A stretch of DNA of 62,045 nt, filler included, from Stramenopiles sp. TOSAG23-3 (lineage: Eukaryota): assembly GCA_900128585.1 (NCBI GenBank). It is 20 parts of 20 records of this genome, joined end to end, with 100 filler letters (N's around TTAATTAATTAA, not from the genome) between each part and the next. Parts side by side here need not be neighbours in the genome. Positions count along the whole stretch, not along the records: positions 52,866 to 55,860 come from LT644477.1; positions 55,961 to 58,954 come from LT644478.1; positions 59,055 to 62,045 come from LT644479.1; 17 more parts are not named here. The stretch is one strand, 5' to 3'. Within the stretch, counting starts at the first letter, position 1; each line of letters begins with the position of its first letter. Both the position numbers and the translations under genes were made by a program. The notes under the pieces were generated by a model. The model had not been told where the DNA came from and did no database searches. It worked only from the letters and a program-made list of their open reading frames with translations. Below, piece after piece: positions 54,972 to 62,045 of this stretch.

Positions 54972-55631
54972 TTACTCGTCGCCATCGCGTGGGGTCGCGT
55001 CTTGCTCCATTCGTTTCACGTTGTCCGCCGCGCTCCCGCCTTTGGCGGCCATCTCGGTGGCCACTTTGAGCTCCGTCTTCTTGCTCTCCTTGTTGTTCAG
55101 CTGGGCCTTTGCGGAGTCCGGAACTTTGGCCAGGTCGACCGCGTTCTGCTCCCTCACCTTTTTCGCGTAAGCGTCCATGGTTTTGGTTATCTGCTCTGCG
55201 GCGTTCTTCTTGGCCTCCAGCTCCGCCATCTCCGGGTTGGCGGGGGGTTTGGGTTTCCTCAGTGCTGGGGTCGCGGGGGTGGGCTTCCCTTTCTTCTTCG
55301 GGAGGCTGGGGGCCTGGGGGCGCTTGGCAGCAGGCCTGGAAACGGCCTTTTGGGCCGCCGCGGCGGGTGAGACGGACGCCGCTACTTCTACTGGCTTGAC
55401 AAGCTCGCCGGAGGACGGGAACTTCACCTCGGTGACCACCCCATCCCGGGCGCTTTTAAAGTAATCCTTTTCGTACTGGGTGTCGTCAAAATTCACCCAC
55501 GGCACGTATTTCCCCCGCCCCCCAGCCTTGGGCTTGGTCATGCTCAGCACAGGCTCATCCCGGACCCCCTCAACGACGACCGACAAGGCAACGGACGCGA
55601 CAAGGACCACTGCAGTTGTCGTAATCCTCAT
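54972..55631 (-). CDS. Secreted Ala/Pro/Lys-rich protein of unknown function
   Basis: Signal peptide MRITTTAVVLVASVALSVVVEG; GC-rich coding bias. Confidence 0.65.
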   Translation of the reverse strand: MRITTTAVVLVASVALSVVVEGVRDEPVLSMTKPKAGGRGKYVPWVNFDDTQYEKDYFKSARDGVVTEVKFPSSGELVKPVEVAASVSPAAAAQKAVSRPAAKRPQAPSLPKKKGKPTPATPALRKPKPPANPEMAELEAKKNAAEQITKTMDAYAKKVREQNAVDLAKVPDSAKAQLNNKESKKTELKVATEMAAKGGSAADNVKRMEQDATPRDGDE

Positions 55632-55812
55632 CCTCTACACTATTCGCTAAACATAAAACACTAAACTAAATAAAACAATGTTCTGTCGATTACTGTTCAT
55701 TTCGTTCGTTTCGGATCGCTTCGTTTTGTATACAAATATATTATATGTCGAAATCCAAATTATAATACCATTCTAATTTTCCTTCTTTCTTTCTTTCTTT
55801 CTTTCTTTCTCT

Positions 55813-55860
<48 letters not shown>

Positions 55861-56117
55861 NNNNNNNNNNNNNNNNNNNNNNNNNNNNNNNNNNNNNNNN
55901 NNNNTTAATTAATTAANNNNNNNNNNNNNNNNNNNNNNNNNNNNNNNNNNNNNNNNNNNNTATAATAATCTTTTGATGAATTAACATTTATAAAATCATG
56001 TACTGAACAAGCAAATAATGGACATACAAAACATATGCCACAGAAGCCGAGTTTAAATTTTAAATTTAGTTAAGAGCTAGAAAGTTGCGTAAATTGTATA
56101 ACCGTGTTGTGCTGCAA

Positions 56118-57452
56118 ATGAGTCGCAGCAGGTCACGTTCGAGAAGTCGGAGTAGAGACCGTATTGATAGTCGGTCTGGGCAAGAAGGATTGGAGAAAAA
56201 TCCTTCTGGAAGTGAAGATGATTGTTCAAAATCCTCTCCTAAAGTAAGGTCGGAAAGTTTCGGGGAAGGGAGTGCAATGGAAATATGCATAAAGTTTCTT
56301 GTAAATAAAGGTGAAGCGGGATCAATAATAGGGAGGAAAGGAAGTCGTATCGTAGCTCTTCAAAAAACGTACCAAGTACGGGCTAAACTTTCCACTGAAT
56401 TAAGCCCAAAGTATCCAGGCACAAATTTTAGAATTGGAATGATTCTAGGGGAAAGATTGGAAAATGTGAAAGATGCCATAACGTCTGTCTTAAATACTGT
56501 TAGTATTCCTAATTCTGACAACCCTGAAAGTGGAGAAATAAAGGAAACAAAAACTGTGCAATTTATTTTACTGATCCCACAGAGTTCTAGTGGCGGTTGT
56601 ATCGGCAAGGGAGGTTCAATAGTGAGAGATATACAAAAAAAAACTACGGCAAAAATCAGCATTGAAGACAGCCGTGACGCTGAACTTGCAGGTACCAAAG
56701 AGCGTATGGTCACTGTGACGGGTGCGCAAGAAAGTGTATCGGAGGCGATTAAATGTATTCTGGATTGTTTGGACGGGGTGGATCGTGGGTTTGATTATAT
56801 CCATAAGGGCGTAAAGTATTTTCACGCCCGGGGGAACCAGTTCAACAACGGGGGTGGCCCCAGTTACGGCGGGCGGCCGTTTTATGGAAATTACGACGGA
56901 GGGCGCTCGGATCGACATCATAGGTTCTTGGTTCGACCGGCTGATCCGATGCCAAGGCAATGGAATAGAGCCCACCCGGGGCCACATCCGTACCACAATG
57001 CGATGCCGTGGAGAAACGATTTTCGCAGTGCTATGCCCATGAACGAATATGGGTACATTCCTTCCGAGCGGCCAGCACCGAGAAATTCACAGTCCATGCA
57101 TCACAGGGGGGGGCAGGGAAGTATGGAAAGTGGGGACGCCTCAGAAATCGAATTCATGTCCCCGGCAGTGGGTAACATGCAATTCAAACGTGTGGCAATC
57201 GAAGAAAAGTGGGTCGGTGCCGTCATTGGAAAAAACGGTGTGACGATTAAAAGAATTCAACATTCCTGCGGGGTGTCCGTAAAAGTTGAAAACCGGGAAA
57301 AGAGCTCCGGGGACAGACGCGAAATACTAATCTCTGGGCGATTGGAAGGCATTGAGCAAGCGCAGTCAATGATTTGGCGAATTATGGGAGATGCAATGAA
57401 CCGGGCGATGACACAAGGGATGACCCAGAATTGGAAAAATGCACAAAAATAA
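56118..57452 (+). CDS. Triple-KH RNA-binding protein (NOVA/PCBP-like) with N-terminal RS repeat
   Basis: GSIIGRKG, GGCIGKGG, GAVIGKNG GxxG loops; SRSRSRSRSR. Confidence 0.88.
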   Translation: MSRSRSRSRSRSRDRIDSRSGQEGLEKNPSGSEDDCSKSSPKVRSESFGEGSAMEICIKFLVNKGEAGSIIGRKGSRIVALQKTYQVRAKLSTELSPKYPGTNFRIGMILGERLENVKDAITSVLNTVSIPNSDNPESGEIKETKTVQFILLIPQSSSGGCIGKGGSIVRDIQKKTTAKISIEDSRDAELAGTKERMVTVTGAQESVSEAIKCILDCLDGVDRGFDYIHKGVKYFHARGNQFNNGGGPSYGGRPFYGNYDGGRSDRHHRFLVRPADPMPRQWNRAHPGPHPYHNAMPWRNDFRSAMPMNEYGYIPSERPAPRNSQSMHHRGGQGSMESGDASEIEFMSPAVGNMQFKRVAIEEKWVGAVIGKNGVTIKRIQHSCGVSVKVENREKSSGDRREILISGRLEGIEQAQSMIWRIMGDAMNRAMTQGMTQNWKNAQK

Positions 57453-57879
57453 AGTCGCACTCACGCCCCGAAAAAGTGAAAATGAGAACGGTGTAAACTT
57501 TTGATCCTTTTGACTAAACCGCCGTATTGGGCGAAACCTAAATCCTGGGGCATATTGGTTAGCGTAATATCTACTACGTAAGAGTGTACATTTTCGTAAC
57601 TTAAAAAAAAAAATGTAGAACTGATCTAATTTTGCAACTGCTAAAATCCATATCTCACTCTTAAAGTCGGTCGGTACCTCCTTTGTCGTTCCTACGATAT
57701 TGTTTTTTCTACGATCTTGTTTTTAGCTTAATTTTAATTTACTTAAATAACAACCAATTTTTTTGTGTTTAGACAACACAGATTAAAGTTTACCAAACGC
57801 ACCCGTCCGAAGAGAAAGAGAATCGTCTTACACTTCAATGTTCATATAATTGTGGTTTGATTTTAAATACGATCAATTT

Positions 57880-58461
57880 TTATAGTTCAGTGTCACTGTA
57901 GGAGTCATAGTTAATGTTGGTGGTAAATAGTTCACGGTCGGGGTTTGGCGAAATACGCAACAACTTTGGTTTTGTTTCGTCTTTGATTGGGTTATATGCT
58001 CTCATCTGTTGCTCATAATTCCGTCGGTATTCCCCACTAATGTTTGATGGCCCATAAACAAAATCAAGAAAATTTTCAAAGTTTGGTTTTCCAGCTCCTG
58101 CTTTTGCTTCTTCTACTTGAGAATCGTCAAATTTAGCCTCGGACTTTTTCCTATTTTCATCTGTCGCGGTAGCGTTGGCGTACTTTTCGCGGATTATTGC
58201 TCTCAAACCACTATCTACAGAACCGTCTGGTCTCATCAAGGGCGGTTTGGGTGGCTCAAAAGCACTACTTATGCCCGTATGCGATAGATCTGGGACACTA
58301 ATGGGTTGAATAAGCAAATGGTTCCATCTGTTACGCCTTCCTCTAGTAGGCCGGTGCTTCGAAACTGAAATTTTGTCTAAATATGGTATACTGGCACCGG
58401 CACGGTGCGGTTTTAGTGCCAACGCACTTCGGACGCTCCCTCTTAAGTCGGCACTGCTCAT
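57880..58461 (-). CDS. Hypothetical protein (193 aa)
   Basis: ATG-started ORF in a GC-richer block, convergent with the KH gene; no recognised motif. Confidence 0.55.
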   Translation of the reverse strand: MSSADLRGSVRSALALKPHRAGASIPYLDKISVSKHRPTRGRRNRWNHLLIQPISVPDLSHTGISSAFEPPKPPLMRPDGSVDSGLRAIIREKYANATATDENRKKSEAKFDDSQVEEAKAGAGKPNFENFLDFVYGPSNISGEYRRNYEQQMRAYNPIKDETKPKLLRISPNPDRELFTTNINYDSYSDTEL

Positions 58462-59055
58462 GAAGTATACGAAATTATTGGAAAACTAATATCGTACTAA
58501 AGTTTGAAAGTTCATTTCTCATCAAAAAAATGCAGTAGAAACAATGTGCGATTAGTATAAATACACTCAGGAAGCTAATTTGGCCGTGTAAACTACGTGA
58601 AAATCTCCATAATTGCCAACGGCTAGACATGCGATGAAGAATGATGATGATGATGAATAATAATAATAAAATATTATTTATATACAGTATTACAATATTA
58701 TTATTACAAAAAGAAGAAGAAGAGAAGAAGAAAAAATATAAAAGCACAAAATAAATGATCTACTAAGAGGAACACAACAGCAATAACAACCAACACAACC
58801 AAATGCTCCTTCAAAAAATAATATAATAATATTAATTATTAATATTTATTCTATTTTACCAACTTCTATTAAATCATGAAGGGAACAGCATTGAAAAAGT
58901 ACTGCAAGAAAAAAGACGAAGAAGTAAAAAAAGACGAAGAAGAAGAAAGAAGAANNNNNNNNNNNNNNNNNNNNNNNNNNNNNNNNNNNNNNNNNNNNTT
59001 AATTAATTAANNNNNNNNNNNNNNNNNNNNNNNNNNNNNNNNNNNNNNNNNNNNA

Positions 59056-59127
<72 letters not shown>

Positions 59128-59531
59128 AGAAAAATCAAAATTCGAAATTGTTTTTTTTGCATCATCATTCATCATCAATTTCTTCTGGTGAAGAGAAGAA
59201 AAGGCTTCCTTTCTCTTTCCTTTTCTTTCTTCTTTCTTCTTCTTCTTTCTTCGTTTCTCTTTTATTGTCTCTTCTTGCTGCTTGCAGTGGTGCTGCATGC
59301 GCACGCAGATAAATATTATTAGAAAAACTTTCTGGAATATTCGCTTCTTCTAGTCGTCTAAGTATTTTCACTTGCAGAGCTCAGAGCTTAACCGTTTTTC
59401 TTCTTCTTTTCCATTGCAGTTGATTGGCATATAAGAAAAGATACAAACGCACTCTACTTCTTTTGGGTTAAAAACAGAAAGTTTTCACCTCCAGCGGCTT
59501 TGTGCAGTATTATTTTGTTTGCAGTCTCAGA

Positions 59532-61355
59532 ATGAGTAACGTTGGCGTCAACCTTATTTTCGCGGTCTCTATGGCTGCGCTCGCGGTGGTGCGACCTGCT
59601 CAAGCTGCAACCGGGTATTTTTCCATCCGCGACGAACCGAAAACGTGCTCTACCTACTACGATAATGGTAGTGGTTCCCAACCATCAACGCTGCCCGAGT
59701 GCGAACGTGCTGCAAAGGCGTTGTTGCTGGCCGGAGATGTGGACGCCACCGCGTCGCCGAGCGGCACCGGTTTTCCAGAGGGATGCTACTATACAATGCC
59801 TGGAGTAGGCATGAATCAATATGCAGACTTGAAGTTCGACACAACCTCGGGGTCTCAGGAGACCTGCGAGGATAGTTCAGTATTTGCATGCATGTGCGTA
59901 TATACCGGGAATAAGTGCGCGTTCGCGGACGCCTCGGCGTCGAGCCAGCAAGCCCCGGACAATGACACCCCGTGCGTTTGTGGAGACGTTGTGTGCGACA
60001 AAGAGTCTGGTTTTTATTGCCATGCCGATTTCAACGTGTGCACCAGACGAAAGTCGCCAATTGATGTGTATGCGGCCATCAATTCAAAACATCTTTTGGA
60101 GGACGGGAGCAGTAAACTGCTGAATCCGTGCGTAGAAGTCATCAACGACCTTTCTATCTCGGCAATACGCCCCTCTCCAATGCAACGCGAGCCCATGGAA
60201 GACGATTCGATGATAAGTTGCAAAACCGGTGCGAGATCGTTAGGGTTGACGTGGGCAACCGAAGAGCCCCTGAAGCAGATGAAGGCTGGCTCTTTGGCAC
60301 GATGCAGACATTCCGAAGACAATGGTGGGACCCTTTCGGTCGACGCGGCTTCGTGCGCCGGTGCAGGAGTAAAATGCATCTGCGAAACTGTGTTGGAAAA
60401 GTGCGAGAACGATGGGGGCACCAAAGTGAATGCCGGCGCCTGTGTTTGCGGGTCGAACACGTGCAACTCGGGAAACGGGCTTATGTGCAAGGCGTCGTCA
60501 AGTGAATGTTTTCACCCTACGTGCAATGCAACGAACGGGGAGGAAGAGAACTCGCCCGTTCCTTGCAAGTGTGGCAATTCGGTGTGTGACTTTACTTCCG
60601 GATTTATCTGCGATAGTGCGACGAACAAATGCTCGCACCCAGAGTGTCTGAATACCCACGGCTTCGCCCTCAACAAAGTGGAGCCGCACTATTGCTCTTG
60701 CGGCAACACAGTCTGTGAAGGCTACGAATTCAAAGTGTGCCTAGCCAGCAAAAGCAAGTGCTTGAACGCAGAGAAGTATTTGATCGGGTGCTCTTTCGAT
60801 GAGGCGGGGCAGCCAGAAGTCCACAAGTATCGCACAGGAATGTGCAGGTGCGGGGATCCATCGGGCCCCATCGGGAGCACCAGCGTGTGCAGCCAGGAAA
60901 CTGGATACCTGTGCAATAATGTCACTTCCACGTGCACAATTCCAAATTACGAATTCGTGGAGGAAAGCGGTGCACAATTTGACGAAGATTTTGATGCAGC
61001 CACGACCGAACATTCGGAATCAGCCGCTATCGGGATTCTGACGACATTGCTGGTCCTTGCGGTAGTGGGGTTCTTTTGGAACAATAGGCACCACAAAGAC
61101 GCCGTCATTAATACGGTAAAGGCGAAAGCGAATTTGCCCATGCTGCTTAAAAAGCAGGAGATTGACGGAGAGGAGATTGTCGAGGGAGACGCGGAATGGC
61201 TAGTTATTACTGATACAAAGCCAGTTCCAGGAGGGGCGTGGTTTTACTACAAAGCCAGCGATGACAAATTAGGACCATTCACAACCGAGGAGTTCGCAAC
61301 CCTTCACCGTTCAGGCCTAATTAATGACACGACAAAAGTCACCGGCTCGTTCTAA
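59532..61355 (+). CDS. Type I membrane protein: signal peptide, Cys-rich repeats, single TM, cytoplasmic GYF_2-like domain
   Basis: About five CxCGxxxCxxxxGxxCxxxxxxC repeats; TM IGILTTLLVLAVVGFFW; WFYY...KLGPFTTEEFATLHRSGLINDTTKV. Confidence 0.78.
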   Translation: MSNVGVNLIFAVSMAALAVVRPAQAATGYFSIRDEPKTCSTYYDNGSGSQPSTLPECERAAKALLLAGDVDATASPSGTGFPEGCYYTMPGVGMNQYADLKFDTTSGSQETCEDSSVFACMCVYTGNKCAFADASASSQQAPDNDTPCVCGDVVCDKESGFYCHADFNVCTRRKSPIDVYAAINSKHLLEDGSSKLLNPCVEVINDLSISAIRPSPMQREPMEDDSMISCKTGARSLGLTWATEEPLKQMKAGSLARCRHSEDNGGTLSVDAASCAGAGVKCICETVLEKCENDGGTKVNAGACVCGSNTCNSGNGLMCKASSSECFHPTCNATNGEEENSPVPCKCGNSVCDFTSGFICDSATNKCSHPECLNTHGFALNKVEPHYCSCGNTVCEGYEFKVCLASKSKCLNAEKYLIGCSFDEAGQPEVHKYRTGMCRCGDPSGPIGSTSVCSQETGYLCNNVTSTCTIPNYEFVEESGAQFDEDFDAATTEHSESAAIGILTTLLVLAVVGFFWNNRHHKDAVINTVKAKANLPMLLKKQEIDGEEIVEGDAEWLVITDTKPVPGGAWFYYKASDDKLGPFTTEEFATLHRSGLINDTTKVTGSF

Positions 61356-61570
61356 TTTCAAAAATTTGAAAAAGCCCGGCAGGGGTCTAATATTTTTCTC
61401 GCTATCAGTGGAGGTGCTTTTATAAAATGCTTTAAATAACAGCAGTCATTTTATTATACTACACATGTGTGTTATTAAAAAATAAAAATGTTTTTTAGCC
61501 GGGGGGTAGCCCCGTTAGTTAACGAGATGATCCTTTCTTCAATTCTTCAATATCCACCTTAAATAAATAA

Positions 61571-62044
61571 CTAATCCAGCGCCGTCCCTCTCTCTAAGTT
61601 TTGCCTTGTCTCTACGGTGTACTTGTCGTAGGCCCGCTCCAGCTTCTTGTTGAACCCTCTGTTCCGTTCGTTTATGTAGTTGACGTCTTCCTCCTCATAC
61701 ACTTGCCGCCGCCGCGAGAAGCGCGCGCGTACGAGCTTCCTCTCCTTCAGCTCGCTGCTCATCCTCGAGAGGCCGTCGGCGCCCGCCGAGCGCTCGGTGC
61801 CCTGCTCCACTATGTCCCCCTTGCGTTTCTTCGTCTTTTCCCCGAACGCCGCCTTGATTCGCTTCTCGTGGACTTTGTACATTTGGTCTTCGTTGAACTG
61901 GTTCCACCCAAAGTTGTTGTTTGCACGGTACGCCTTCTGCTGCTTGGCGGAAAGCTTTCGGTGGGCATCGTTCGCGGTCTCGACGCAGTAATACTTGGTC
62001 TCGTCGGTGACACCAGCGTCGCTCAGGCTTTTCTTCCAGGTCTC
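61571..62044 (-). CDS. SYF2: Pre-mRNA splicing factor SYF2, 5'-partial
   Basis: FGWNQFN, FSRRR, DVNYINERNRGFNKKLERAYDKYTVETRQNLERGTAL. Confidence 0.93.
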   Translation of the reverse strand, partial: ETWKKSLSDAGVTDETKYYCVETANDAHRKLSAKQQKAYRANNNFGWNQFNEDQMYKVHEKRIKAAFGEKTKKRKGDIVEQGTERSAGADGLSRMSSELKERKLVRARFSRRRQVYEEEDVNYINERNRGFNKKLERAYDKYTVETRQNLERGTALD

Positions 62045-62045
62045 T

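Overview
The window is not one locus. It is 20 unlinked contigs of about 3.0 kb, sorted by decreasing length and joined by 19 artificial 100-nt spacers (44 N + TTAATTAATTAA + 44 N), so adjacency only means something inside a contig. The content is a compact, intron-poor eukaryotic (protist) genome: GC-richer single-exon genes, mostly in convergent pairs, separated by AT-rich, (TTC/GAA)n-laden flanks. Cilium genes (BBIP1, TBC1D31-like) point to a flagellate; a stramenopile-like host is an inference. About 30 host genes are recognisable, including UPF3, PEN-2, Tom7, MDP-1, a rhomboid, NDUFAF5, an SLC25 carrier, GH30 glucosylceramidase, UBE2H, cyclin A, a KH protein, SYF2, a P2X-like channel and a Cys-less pentameric channel. 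There is also a Ty1/copia pol and two foldback elements. The top candidate for a new system is at 26364-27572. A 362-bp near-complete palindrome abuts a decayed HUH rolling-circle Rep (HAH and YCHK motifs, absent from the ORF track) that has no room for a helicase, and a CRESS/circovirus-type capsid gene starts 47 nt after its stop on the same strand. This looks like an endogenized ssDNA virus with an unusual helicase-less Rep. Second is a secreted YadA-head/phage-fibre-like protein whose S74 chaperone domain has lost its Ser-Lys cleavage dyad. All family calls come from motif recognition by eye; no searches were run.
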